From assembly GCA_963737905.1 (NCBI GenBank), contig CAVTUQ010000002.1, forward strand, positions 128,001-192,000: DNA of 64,000 bases. Direction: 5' to 3'. This stretch comes from an uncultured delta proteobacterium. GTDB lineage: Bacteria; Desulfobacterota; Binatia; UBA9968. The first letter of the stretch is position 1. Every line of letters begins with the position of its first letter. The position numbers and the translations under genes are program-made. Positions 1 through 12,010 of the stretch are shown piece after piece. The notes beneath the pieces are model-generated. The model searched no databases, was not told where the DNA came from, and saw nothing but the letters and a program-made list of their open reading frames with translations.

Positions 1-173
1 TTAACGTATTCTCTGGAACATCTGGGACAAAGCGGTCGTGGCACCGAATTTTTCCCTTCTTTGCCTGTAAACGCCATCGATTGGGAACAATTTTAGGTCG
101 CAATCGACGGTCTGGCAAACCCTATCGTGAAGGGTTGGACGATGTGAAGGCCCGGCCCGATTTGGTCTGACGA

Positions 174-539
174 TCACTCTCCCAGGAGCTTTTTCATCCT
201 ATCAACGACCTCCCGGGGTTGGTTGACCGCCTCCTTGGCAATTGCTTCCAGTTGTTCGCCAAAATCGGGATCGGCCTCGAGCTTTCTTGTTTTCACATCC
301 GCCAAGAAAGCGGGATCCGTCATCGTCTTTTGGAATCCGTCGCGCAGAGTTTTGAGCCGGTCCGCGGCAAGACCGGGTGGGGTAATAAAGGGCCGTCCCA
401 AGTCGCCTGAGGCCAGGACGGCTGTCACCAAGGAGCGCAACGCAGGCGGTGTCTTGTACTCGTTCATCAGTTCGTGAATCGTCGGCACATCGGCCATTCT
501 CGGATCCCGCTTGCGGCCGGTCTTCATCAGGCGCCCCAC
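174..539 (-). pseudogene. C-terminal fragment of a TctC/Bug-type tripartite tricarboxylate transporter substrate-binding protein
   Basis: TGRKRDPRMADVPTIHEL...GDLGRPFITPPG...LRDGFQKTMTDPAFLAD is the typical TctC C-terminal part; the N-terminal ~200 aa are missing and there is no room for them before nth. Confidence 0.7.
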
Positions 540-644
540 TCACTTCCTTGGCTGGAGTCCAAGTTGGCGCGCACACTACCCGATGACCTTAATCCGTGTC
601 AATGGTACGTGATGTTTGGCGCATGGCATCGGCGCTGACGGTGT

Positions 645-1334
645 TTAGACTTCATTCGACGGGCACAAGTCGTTGAGCACGCATTTATCGCAGGCTGGTT
701 TACGCGCGTGGCACACACGGCGGCCATGAATAATCAAGCGATGAGACAAGCCGGTCCATTCTTTAGGTGGCAAGAGACGGCTTAGAGCCCGTTCGATCTT
801 TGTCGGATCTTGTTCCGCCGTGAGACCAAGCCGTCGGGAGAGCCGTTTGCAGTGAGTGTCAACGATGATCCCAGGTATATCGAAGGCATGGCCCAGGATC
901 ACATTAGCGGTTTTTCTTCCTACGCCCGCAAGCCGGGTTAATTCCTCCATCGTTGCCGGCACCTCGCCGCCGAATTCTTCCGCTAACTGCCGCGCGCATT
1001 CTATTAACGATTTGGCCTTGGCGCGGAAGAGACCCAGACTCCGAATGACCTGCTCGATGTCCGCCCTGGAAGCCTGTGCAAGGGCGTCGGGATCGGGATA
1101 GCGATGGAAAAGTTCCGGAGTGACTCGGTTGACCGCCTCATCCGTGCACTGGGCCGAGAGGATGACTGCGATGAGCAACTCAAAGGTATTTCGATTATGG
1201 AGCGGAACTCTAAGTTCTGGATAGGTTCGGGCCAGACGGGAGGCGATGGCAGTGGCCCTGGCGCTCTTTTGTGCAAGCGTTTCTCTGTTCCAGCGCCGGC
1301 TTCTGGTTTCTTTGCCGGAACGGGACTGAACCAA
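645..1334 (-). CDS. nth: Endonuclease III (HhH-GPD, 4Fe-4S)
   Basis: LIAVILSAQCTD, LAGVGRKTANV, VDTH and CHARKPACDKCVLNDLC motifs; start taken as the TTG just after the eno stop. Confidence 0.95.
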   Translation of the reverse strand: MVQSRSGKETRSRRWNRETLAQKSARATAIASRLARTYPELRVPLHNRNTFELLIAVILSAQCTDEAVNRVTPELFHRYPDPDALAQASRADIEQVIRSLGLFRAKAKSLIECARQLAEEFGGEVPATMEELTRLAGVGRKTANVILGHAFDIPGIIVDTHCKRLSRRLGLTAEQDPTKIERALSRLLPPKEWTGLSHRLIIHGRRVCHARKPACDKCVLNDLCPSNEV

Positions 1335-1335
1335 G

Positions 1336-2679
<1,344 letters not shown>

Positions 2680-2697
2680 CTATCGGTTTTAAGCCAG

Positions 2698-3075
2698 ATG
2701 AAGTTGCCATTTCAATTGCCGCGACGCTGGACGCTCTACGTCTTGGGATTTTTCATCTTGTCGCTTTGCCTCCTTACCGCCGTCGGAGATCGAGGTGTGC
2801 TCCATCTCTGGCGGCTAAGGGGAGAAAAAACCAGGCTGGACGAAGAAAACTATCGTCTGCAAAAGGAAAACGAAGGCCTGCGCGACCGCATCTCGAAGCT
2901 TCGCAATGACAATTTCTATTTGGAAAAAATGGCCCGGGAAGAATTGAATTTGGTGCGCCCCGGGGAAATTATCTACCGCTTCCCCCCTTCGGAGGCCAAA
3001 AAAAATAGCGGAGGCGCCGTCAGCGTCGATCCTGCCGAATCGCGCCCGTCAACGGGACAAAAACAACCCCGGTAA
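2698..3075 (+). CDS. ftsB: Septum formation initiator FtsB/DivIC
   Basis: TM segment, GDRG, coiled coil, YLEKMAREELNLVRPGE motif. Confidence 0.85.
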   Translation: MKLPFQLPRRWTLYVLGFFILSLCLLTAVGDRGVLHLWRLRGEKTRLDEENYRLQKENEGLRDRISKLRNDNFYLEKMAREELNLVRPGEIIYRFPPSEAKKNSGGAVSVDPAESRPSTGQKQPR

Positions 3076-3772
3076 GTTCCTCGACGACTTGTTGACCGTC
3101 GGATTTTGTCACCCGAATCAACTTTTGCGCCCGTTTCTCCGCCCCCAGCGGCATAATCAACCGCCCGCCTTCGCGCAGCTGACGCCACAGGGGTTCTGGA
3201 ATCTTTGGCGCTGAGGCGGTAACTAAGATGCCGTCGAAGGGGCCCTGTTCCTCCCAACCGAAAAAACCATCGCCCGCTTTGAGGTGAACGTTATCGAAGC
3301 CAAGCCGATCTAGAACGGCTTTCGCCCGCTCCCCAAGTTTGGGAATGATCTCGATGGAATAGACTTCTGCAGCAAGTTTCCCTAGCACCGCGGTTTGATA
3401 GCCCGATCCCGTGCCAATTTCCAGCACCCGTTCCGTGCCTTTCAGGCTCAATAGCTCCGTCATGAATGCAACCATATAAGGCTGTGAGATGGTTTGCCCT
3501 TCGCCGATCGACAAAGGCCGATCCTCGTAAGCCAAAGAGCGTAGTTTCTCAGGAACGAATAGTTCACGCTCGATGGAGCCCATGACCTCGAGGACACGCC
3601 TATCCCGAATTCCACGGGCTAACAGATCCCGCTCGATCATCGCGCGGCGTGCGCGGAGCAATGGGTCCTTGTTGCGCTCTACTTGAGCGGCATCGACCTG
3701 AATGAAGGTGGGAAGAAAAAAAGAAAGGAGAGCGGCCAGAACCGATGACTTACGATTTGGGTTCAAAGACAA
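3020..3772 (-). CDS. pcm: Protein-L-isoaspartate O-methyltransferase (start uncertain)
   Basis: AYEDRPLSIGEGQTISQPYMVA, VLEIGTGSGYQ, VFVPL motifs. Confidence 0.92.
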   Translation of the reverse strand: MSLNPNRKSSVLAALLSFFLPTFIQVDAAQVERNKDPLLRARRAMIERDLLARGIRDRRVLEVMGSIERELFVPEKLRSLAYEDRPLSIGEGQTISQPYMVAFMTELLSLKGTERVLEIGTGSGYQTAVLGKLAAEVYSIEIIPKLGERAKAVLDRLGFDNVHLKAGDGFFGWEEQGPFDGILVTASAPKIPEPLWRQLREGGRLIMPLGAEKRAQKLIRVTKSDGQQVVEELTGVVFVPLTGAIRQDRR

Positions 3773-4139
3773 AATGGTAGTACTCATCCATGTCCATGAG
3801 GGCGTCGATTTCCGCTTCATTATTCAACCGAACTTCGACGAGCCAGCCTTCATTGTAAGGATCTTCGTTGATCATCGAGGGATGTTCTTCCAAATTCGAA
3901 TTCACCGACAACACCCTGCCCGATACCGGTGCGATCAATTCGTGAACGGTCGACACCGATTCGACTTCGGCAAACGTTTCGCCTTTTTCGATGTTATCGC
4001 CCACTTCCGGGAGCTCCACCGAGATAACTCTGTCCAGCTCGCCCTGGATGTAGTTGGTAAGACCCAAGTGAACCTGCTGGTCATCGACCCCAACCCAGAC
4101 ATGCTGCTCACTTACTTTGACGACCCTCTCCATGATCAT
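3750..4139 (-). CDS. Glycine cleavage H-like protein lacking the lipoyl-lysine
   Basis: GcvH motifs (LGLTNY, APVSG, INEDPYNEGWL) present, but ESVS replaces ESVK. Confidence 0.85.
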   Translation of the reverse strand: MIMERVVKVSEQHVWVGVDDQQVHLGLTNYIQGELDRVISVELPEVGDNIEKGETFAEVESVSTVHELIAPVSGRVLSVNSNLEEHPSMINEDPYNEGWLVEVRLNNEAEIDALMDMDEYYHFVFEPKS

Positions 4140-4304
4140 CTCGAACCTGGTTCAATATAAAACTTGCCGGTTTTCTGTCAAGAGGAACAGTTATCCGCTA
4201 GATGGCTCTAATCTTCCTTGACAACACCAATGGATTCGCAGTATCGCTCGCGGAGAAACTTCGCGTGTGCAAATGAAAAATCGCTTCATGAGTGGACCCA
4301 AAAT

Positions 4305-4808
4305 ATGGACGCCAAACAACAGGCCGTAAGGATCGTCGCGGGACTCAAGAAGGCAGGAATCGATTTTGTCGCCACTTTGCCGGACGAAAAGATGGTGGAA
4401 GTCATTCGCACCATCGCAATTGACCCTGGACTCAAACATATCTCGCTCTGCCGCGAAGAGGAAGGCATCGGGATTTGCGCCGGCGCCTATCTCGCGGGGA
4501 AAAAAACGGCTCTGGTCATGCAGAATGCGGGTTTTTTGAACAGCTGCAATGCCCTGACGACCACGTCTCTCCAATTTCAGATCCCGACCTTGCTTCTGAT
4601 CTATTATGCCGGAGACATCGGCGACCGCGGTTTCACGACTCTAGGCTCAGTAACAGAACCGGCGCTGCAAGCCCTGGGGATTCGTTACACGATCTTGCGT
4701 AAGGTCGAAGAAATCGACGAAACTCTTTGGGGCGCGCAGATTTTGGCGGAGGACTCCAAAAAGCCTGTGGCCGTACTGCTAACCAAAAACGTTCTCGGGG
4801 TGAAATGA
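4305..4808 (+). CDS. ThDP-dependent decarboxylase alpha subunit (sulfopyruvate decarboxylase ComD-like)
   Basis: CREEEGIGICAGAYLAG, MQNAGFLNSCNAL. Confidence 0.8.
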   Translation: MDAKQQAVRIVAGLKKAGIDFVATLPDEKMVEVIRTIAIDPGLKHISLCREEEGIGICAGAYLAGKKTALVMQNAGFLNSCNALTTTSLQFQIPTLLLIYYAGDIGDRGFTTLGSVTEPALQALGIRYTILRKVEEIDETLWGAQILAEDSKKPVAVLLTKNVLGVK

Positions 4809-5407
4809 TGCAGCGTTATGATTTTCTGAAAGCCATTGCCGGGGACGCAGGGGATGCTTTGGCGGTTTGCACGGGATGGGGCGCTCGGGAATGGTGGGCG
4901 CTTAGACCCGGCGACGGCAACCTGAAAACAAGGACGCTGGGTCTGGTCTCCTCCATTGCCGCCGGGCTAGCCCTCGCTTTACCTCGCCGCAAAGTCATCG
5001 CCATTGACGGTGACGGCGCTTTTCTTATGAACCTGTGCGGCCTCCCGACCATCGCGCTGCAAAGCCCGCCGAATCTTATCCATCTGCTCTTCGATAACGA
5101 ATGCTACGAAGCCTCGGGAGGCACCCCGACGGCTTCCCATATTGCCGACGCCGTGACTCTTGCCAGAGGAGCCGGCTACAAGCATGCGGCCTGGGTGAAA
5201 ACACCGGCGGAATTCCGCAGCGAGTTTGCCCAAGCCTGGCAGCGCAATGAGCTAACCCTGCTCGCGGCCAAGGTGGATCCGGGGCAACCTGGGAATCTTC
5301 CTCCCCTGCGGCTCGACGAGATCGAAAACAAGTATCGCTTCATGCGCTATTTGGAAGAAACGGAGAAACGAGGCATTCTGAGTCCGGGCTTCGATTCGAA
5401 GCTATAG
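4805..5407 (+). CDS. ThDP-dependent decarboxylase beta subunit (ComE-like)
   Basis: DGDGAFLMNL...DNECY ThDP-binding motif; ATGA overlap with the alpha subunit. Confidence 0.8.
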   Translation: MMQRYDFLKAIAGDAGDALAVCTGWGAREWWALRPGDGNLKTRTLGLVSSIAAGLALALPRRKVIAIDGDGAFLMNLCGLPTIALQSPPNLIHLLFDNECYEASGGTPTASHIADAVTLARGAGYKHAAWVKTPAEFRSEFAQAWQRNELTLLAAKVDPGQPGNLPPLRLDEIENKYRFMRYLEETEKRGILSPGFDSKL

Positions 5408-5454
5408 CCAGCAAGGGTCTCCAATCTCAGCCGGGTAAATCTTTGTTCATTAAA

Positions 5455-6462
5455 TCAGCGATCCGCAATTCGCTCGGGCGCCAGCTCGGTATCGGATGTC
5501 CGTAACGTTCCCTTTTGGTCTTCTGATCGAGGGATTCGGTCGCCGCGCGGGAAGCCCAACCAGTTCCACTGTTCCGGATAACGCCGGATCGCACTCTCCA
5601 AATGACGCGTGAACAGCGCCGTCGTCGCCGCTACGCTTTTCTCGAGATCGCCGAGCCGTATGGGCGAAATCTCCGGTTCGATCAAAAGACCCAATGATCC
5701 ATCGGGCCGCCAGGTCGAAAAAATGGGTAACGTCACCGCGCCAGTACGTAGCGCCAGGGTCGCCGGACCCCGTGGCGCGGGAGCGGTTTGCCCCATGAAA
5801 TCCACCGTCACATCGCCGGATTTGAATTCGTCGGCAACGATCACGACGACTCGGTTTTCCCGCAGGGACTTCAAAATCCCCCGAACGGCATCCTTACGCG
5901 GCTTCGCTGAAATGGTTCGGATTCCAAGGCGCGCACGATAATCGTCAAGGCATCGCGCAAAATGCTCGTCCTTGGGTTGTTTAACCACGACGCTAAAGGG
6001 ATAGCCCGCCGCCCCCATCCGAGCGCCAATCATCGTAAAGGCGCCGAGATGAGCACTCAAGGCAAGAACCCCTTTACCCCTGGCGAGCGCCTGTTTGAGG
6101 TGTTCCTCGCCTTCAATGGCTATGGTCGATACGATCGTCTCCTTGGACAAATGCATGACCGCGCAGGTCTCCAGTACCCCCCGGGCGAAGTTTTTCCATG
6201 CCTTCCAGACCAAGGCTTTTCTGTCAGCGGGATTAACGATTTCATCACCCAAAGCCGTGGCAACATTCTCTTCCATCCGTTTGCGATATTTCCACAGCAG
6301 CCAGAAGGTAATCCCGGCGCCGAACGAGGTGAAACGCACAAGCCATCGATAGGGAACCCAGGGCAGGATTCCGATCAAACCGCGCAAGGCATACTCGCCA
6401 ATCCGGTACCGCACCCGGTGAAAGAAACTCCCTATCGCTGTTCCTGTTCCGCGCCGAGCCAT
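5455..6462 (-). CDS. Lipid A biosynthesis lauroyl acyltransferase family (LpxL/HtrB)
   Basis: GKGVLALSAHLG, VDFMGQTAP, IRRYPEQWNW. Confidence 0.85.
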   Translation of the reverse strand: MARRGTGTAIGSFFHRVRYRIGEYALRGLIGILPWVPYRWLVRFTSFGAGITFWLLWKYRKRMEENVATALGDEIVNPADRKALVWKAWKNFARGVLETCAVMHLSKETIVSTIAIEGEEHLKQALARGKGVLALSAHLGAFTMIGARMGAAGYPFSVVVKQPKDEHFARCLDDYRARLGIRTISAKPRKDAVRGILKSLRENRVVVIVADEFKSGDVTVDFMGQTAPAPRGPATLALRTGAVTLPIFSTWRPDGSLGLLIEPEISPIRLGDLEKSVAATTALFTRHLESAIRRYPEQWNWLGFPRGDRIPRSEDQKGTLRTSDTELAPERIADR

Positions 6463-6514
6463 AGTAAATTTATGAATATGTTTTGTCAGCTTTGCAAGTA
6501 AAAAGCCGGCAAAT

Positions 6515-6544
6515 AAAAAAGGCGGTGGGGAAACGCCCACCGCC
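6515..6544 (-). terminator. Rho-independent terminator closing the Fe-S operon
   Basis: GGCGGTGGG-CGTTTC-CCCACCGCC followed by TTTTTT on the minus strand. Confidence 0.85.
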
Positions 6545-6573
6545 CCTATACCAATTGCGATTACAGTTGGAGA

Positions 6574-7032
6574 TTACCGACTCGCAGCTCTGCGAAAGCG
6601 ATGCCGGGCCCTTCTGGCTACAGCAACGCCTCTCTTTCTTTTATCATTCCTTGGCGTCAGCTGATAAACCTTCGCCCTTGCCCGGCTCTCTAGCCGCTCG
6701 GCTTTCCACTGCGTGAGACCTTGCCGCAGATAGTCGGGGTTGAATCCTAACGTTTCGCAGACATTGGCAAATGAAAACAGCCAATCACTGTTCGTATCCT
6801 GAACCCAATCCTCGGCCTCTTGAAAAAGAATCTTGCCCTTACCCTCGCGCGCAAAGACGTACTTCTGAAAGCACGCAATGGCATCCTCCAACACCGCCAG
6901 CATGAGCTTCTTTTCCGGCTCCAAATGCAACTTTCTCCGGAAAGTGTCTAGATATTGCTCCGGCAGAAGGGTGTCAGGTTGAAACAACGAGGTGACTCTT
7001 TCCTCCATGCTCAATCCGGTTTCGTAACTCAT
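6574..7032 (-). CDS. Conserved-looking hypothetical protein, last gene of the Fe-S operon
   Basis: Clean ORF with GGAAGG RBS; EPEKKLMLAVLEDA...WLFSFANVCETLG; basic tail. Confidence 0.7.
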   Translation of the reverse strand: MSYETGLSMEERVTSLFQPDTLLPEQYLDTFRRKLHLEPEKKLMLAVLEDAIACFQKYVFAREGKGKILFQEAEDWVQDTNSDWLFSFANVCETLGFNPDYLRQGLTQWKAERLESRARAKVYQLTPRNDKRKRGVAVARRARHRFRRAASR

Positions 7033-7096
7033 AAAAACCACCTTCCTATTAGGTGCAGCCTCCTTCAAACTGCGATAAAAGCGTCCTCGAACCTTG

Positions 7097-7553
7097 TCAC
7101 GCGGCGCTTGAGAGCGAAGCCGAACCAAGCAAATCCCGGCAAGGCTTCTTCTTCAAGTCCGCTATCGTCGTACTTGGTAAATACTTCGGTGACTTTTCGT
7201 TGAACCTCACTCCAGACATTTACCATCGAACAACGCGGCAGTTGCTCACAACTCATGTGTTGGTCCATGCAGGCATTGACGGCAATGGGTCCCTCGAGCG
7301 CCTCGATGACCTCGTAGAACGAAATCTCTTCGGGAGAACGAGCGAGAGTATATCCGCCGCACGCACCCCGCTTGGATTTGATCAGGCCGCCGCGTATCAG
7401 ATCTTGAATAATTTTCTCCAAAAACTTCTTCGGAACCCCCTGCTGTTTGGCAATCTCGGTTATCGAGCAGCACCGCTCCGGGTCTTGCACCGAAAGATAA
7501 ATAACGGCGCGTAAACCATAGTCCACCCGGCGAGGAATCTGCATAAGGCCCAT
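7097..7553 (-). CDS. Rrf2/IscR-family regulator (apparent extra base at ~7174)
   Basis: DYGLRAVIYL, FLEKIIQDL, SKRGACGGYTLAR, three C-terminal Cys; removing one A restores ...TTIADL and a stop at 7097. Confidence 0.9.
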
Positions 7554-7557
7554 AGCT

Positions 7558-8799
7558 TTACCCCCTGACCCCGATGCCGTTACCCGCCCTTGGCTTCGCC
7601 TGCTGAGACGGTCGCTGACCCGCCAGCTTTCCCAATGCAGAAAGCCCCTGTAAACGTTGGACGATCAAAGGCACCTTTTCGTTCACATAACGAACTTCTT
7701 CCGCCGTATTAAAACGGCTCAGGCTAAACCGAACCGCCCCCTGCAACCAGTCAGGAGCCACTCCCATGGCCCTGAGCACATGGGAGGGTTCCGAAGAACC
7801 CGCCGTGCAAGCAGACCCTGTCGAGGCGCAAATCCCAAATTGATCCAAAAGAACCAGGATCGATTCCCCTTCCAAATATCTAAAACTGATGTTTGAAGTA
7901 TTCGGTAATCGTTCGCTTGCTCGACCATTCACCAGGCAATCGGGACAAGAGCGAAGCAATTCCTCCTCCAGTTGATCACGCAGAACGCGAATCCGCTCAG
8001 ACTGCTTTACCAGGTTCCGCTGCGCCGATTCCGCCGCCTCCCCCATGCCCACGATGCCCGCGACATTTTCGGTTCCGGCGCGCCGGTTCTTCTCCTGGTG
8101 CCCACCGATAATGAAGGGCGGAAACGTAACCCCGCGACGAACGTACAGAGCTCCAACGCCCTTGGGCCCGTGAAACTTGTGACCCGAAATCGTCAGCAAA
8201 TCCACCGGACTGTCTTTGACTCTGAGAGGAATCTTCCCCGCCGCCTGGACGGCGTCCACATGAAACGGAATCCCTTTCGCCTTGACAATTTCGCCGATCT
8301 TGTCGATGGGGAAAAGCACCCCCGTTTCATTATTCGCAACCATAACCGACACCAACGCGGTGTCGTCGGTCAGCGCATCCTGCAGCCCCTGCAGGTCGAG
8401 CATGCCGTCATGATTTACGTGGAGGTACGTGACGCGGTATCCTCGCTTCTCGAGATGCTGGCATAGCCCCAAAACCGCAGGATGTTCCACCTGGGTGGTC
8501 ACGATGTGACGCTTATCGGGCCGAGCTTCCAGCATTCCGCGGATGGCCGCGTTATCCCCTTCGGTGCCGCAACTCGTGAAAATAATCTCGATCGGATCGG
8601 CCGCTCCGACCAACGACGCAGTTCGCGCTCGCGCTTCGCTGATTTTCTCCGCCACCTGACTACCGAAGCGATGAATGCTCGACGGATTGCCGTAAAGCTC
8701 CGTGAGAAACGGCGACATCGCCGCGACGACCTCAGGCAACGGCCGCGTGGTCGCGTTGTTATCGAAATAAACTTCAGTTCCCATAGTCCGTGATTCCAA
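7558..8799 (-). CDS. nifS: Cysteine desulfurase, NifS type
   Basis: YFDNNATT, SGHKFHGPKG, STGSACT catalytic loop. Confidence 0.9.
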   Translation of the reverse strand: MESRTMGTEVYFDNNATTRPLPEVVAAMSPFLTELYGNPSSIHRFGSQVAEKISEARARTASLVGAADPIEIIFTSCGTEGDNAAIRGMLEARPDKRHIVTTQVEHPAVLGLCQHLEKRGYRVTYLHVNHDGMLDLQGLQDALTDDTALVSVMVANNETGVLFPIDKIGEIVKAKGIPFHVDAVQAAGKIPLRVKDSPVDLLTISGHKFHGPKGVGALYVRRGVTFPPFIIGGHQEKNRRAGTENVAGIVGMGEAAESAQRNLVKQSERIRVLRDQLEEELLRSCPDCLVNGRASERLPNTSNISFRYLEGESILVLLDQFGICASTGSACTAGSSEPSHVLRAMGVAPDWLQGAVRFSLSRFNTAEEVRYVNEKVPLIVQRLQGLSALGKLAGQRPSQQAKPRAGNGIGVRG

Positions 8800-8815
8800 A
8801 ATCGCTCCTCAACGC

Positions 8816-10276
<1,461 letters not shown>

Positions 10277-10300
10277 ATCCAGATTCCCTCTTTTTGCCGC

Positions 10301-10630
10301 CTAAACCGTAAAGGAAGCGCCGCAGCCGCAGGCTTTCTTCACATTCGGATTCTGGAAGACAAATCCCGACTGCATCAGCTCTTCTTTATAATCCAGTTCA
10401 GTGCCGCTGAGATAGAGCAAGCTTTTCATGTCGACCAAGACTTTCGCCCCGTCTTTCTCGAAGACCTTGTCGCTGGCCTTGGGCAAATCGAAATCAAGCT
10501 TGTATTGTAACCCCGAGCAACCGCCACCAACGACTTTCAGGCGCAGTCCTTGGCCTTCTCTACTCTCTGCCGCAATCATCTCTTTGATTTTAGCTGCGGC
10601 CTGTTCGGTCACGCTCACCCCACCGGCCAT
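10301..10630 (-). CDS. iscA: A-type Fe-S carrier (IscA/ErpA/HesB)
   Basis: GGGCSGLQY, NPNVKKACGCGASF. Confidence 0.93.
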   Translation of the reverse strand: MAGGVSVTEQAAAKIKEMIAAESREGQGLRLKVVGGGCSGLQYKLDFDLPKASDKVFEKDGAKVLVDMKSLLYLSGTELDYKEELMQSGFVFQNPNVKKACGCGASFTV

Positions 10631-10646
10631 ACGTTCATACCTCCGA

Positions 10647-11879
10647 CTAAGAAACTCTCTCCTGTAATTTGCTTCCCGTCTGTTGTCGCCCGTGCAGTTT
10701 AGTTCTCCTGGTCTTGTAGAGCGGCGATAACTCTCGCAATCGCCTGACCTCTTCAACCACCCGGCGGACCGTATAATCGACCTCTTCCTCGGTGTTGAAG
10801 CGACCCAAACCAAAACGAATAGAGGTGTGAGCCAACTCCTCCTCGACGCCGATGGCCCGCAACACATGAGAAGGCTCCAGGCTTGCAGAGGTGCAAGCCG
10901 AACCAGTTGAAACCGCGATCTCTTTGAGGGCCATCAAAAGCGACTCGCCCTCGACATCAGCGAAGCTCATATTCATATTCCCCGGAAGCCGCTCCGTTGG
11001 ATGACCGTTGATGTAGACTGCCTCGAGTTGGTCGAGAATTTTTTTCCTCAATCGCTCTCTGAGACTTGTGAGTCTTTCCGCCTCCCCTGCCATTTCTTTT
11101 TGGGCGATCTCACAAGCTTTGCCTAAACCCACGATTCCTGGCACATTCAAGGTCCCCGATCTCATACCTCGCTCGTGACCGCCACCATCGATCATCGCCT
11201 TGAGCTTGACTCGCGGTTTCGCCGCGCGAACGTAAAGCGCGCCGATCCCTTTGGGGCCGTACATCTTGTGGGCCGTTAGCGACAATAGGTCAATGCCCAT
11301 CGCTTCGACATTCACGGGGATTTTGCCCACGGCTTGTGTCGCATCGCTATGAAATAGAATCCCTTTTTCATGAGCCAATTGCCCAATCTCTTTGATGGGT
11401 TCGATCGTACCGATCTCATTATTGGCAGCCATGATGGAGATGAGAATCGTCCGCTCCGTAATCGCGTCGCGAAGCCGGTTCATGCTTACCAAACCATCCC
11501 GGTCCACCGGAAGATAAGTCACTCCACAACCTTGTTTCTCCAAAGCCTTGCAAGTGTCTAAGACCGCTTTGTGTTCAGTCACGCAAGTTATAATGTGGTT
11601 GCCCTTGTCGCGGTAGGACTCAGCGACTCCTTTGATAGCCAAGTTATCAGACTCCGTCGCGCCGCTGGTGAAAACAATCTCCCGAGGCGATGACGCGTGG
11701 ATCAATCTTGCGATTTGTTCTCGCGCCAGGTCGACAGCTGCTTCGCTCTCCCACCCGAAGACATGGTTGCGGCTAGCCGCATTACCGAATTTTTCCGTAA
11801 AGTAGGGAAGCATCGCTTCCAATACTCGCGGGTCCGCCCGAGTCGTCGCATGGTTATCCATATAAATTGGAATCTGCAC
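10647..11879 (-). CDS. iscS: Cysteine desulfurase IscS
   Basis: [45 protein letters not shown]. Confidence 0.95.
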   Translation of the reverse strand: MQIPIYMDNHATTRADPRVLEAMLPYFTEKFGNAASRNHVFGWESEAAVDLAREQIARLIHASSPREIVFTSGATESDNLAIKGVAESYRDKGNHIITCVTEHKAVLDTCKALEKQGCGVTYLPVDRDGLVSMNRLRDAITERTILISIMAANNEIGTIEPIKEIGQLAHEKGILFHSDATQAVGKIPVNVEAMGIDLLSLTAHKMYGPKGIGALYVRAAKPRVKLKAMIDGGGHERGMRSGTLNVPGIVGLGKACEIAQKEMAGEAERLTSLRERLRKKILDQLEAVYINGHPTERLPGNMNMSFADVEGESLLMALKEIAVSTGSACTSASLEPSHVLRAIGVEEELAHTSIRFGLGRFNTEEEVDYTVRRVVEEVRRLRELSPLYKTRRTKLHGRQQTGSKLQERVS

Positions 11880-11885
11880 GTTTCT

Positions 11886-11939
11886 TATCCTACCGAATTA
11901 GTCTGAATTAACATTATCCCATAGAAGCCCATGAGTCAA
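11886..11939 (-). promoter_or_regulatory. Sigma70 promoter plus IscR/Rrf2-like operator for the Fe-S operon
   Basis: TTGACT(11939-34)-17nt-TAATGT(11916-11), followed by AATTCAGACTAATTCGGTAGGATA, which resembles the IscR type-1 site. Confidence 0.6.
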
Positions 11940-12010
11940 TACCAATTTACCATTTATAAGGACCTGAAATGTATAGTGATTTCAACGCTTGGGCTCAGCC
12001 AACGCCACGC

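Noticed and set aside
500-575. CTGATGA plus small hairpins as a hammerhead ribozyme or riboswitch
   Set aside because: No GAAA core or stem II/III arrangement, and the downstream sequence is TctC-coding.
7065-7128. Overlap between rrf2 and the downstream hypothetical gene
   Set aside because: It arises from one extra base in rrf2 and an over-extended start call.
7558-8799. Nitrogen fixation inferred from nifS
   Set aside because: There are no nifHDK or nifU genes in the window, and NifS-type desulfurases are common in non-diazotrophs.
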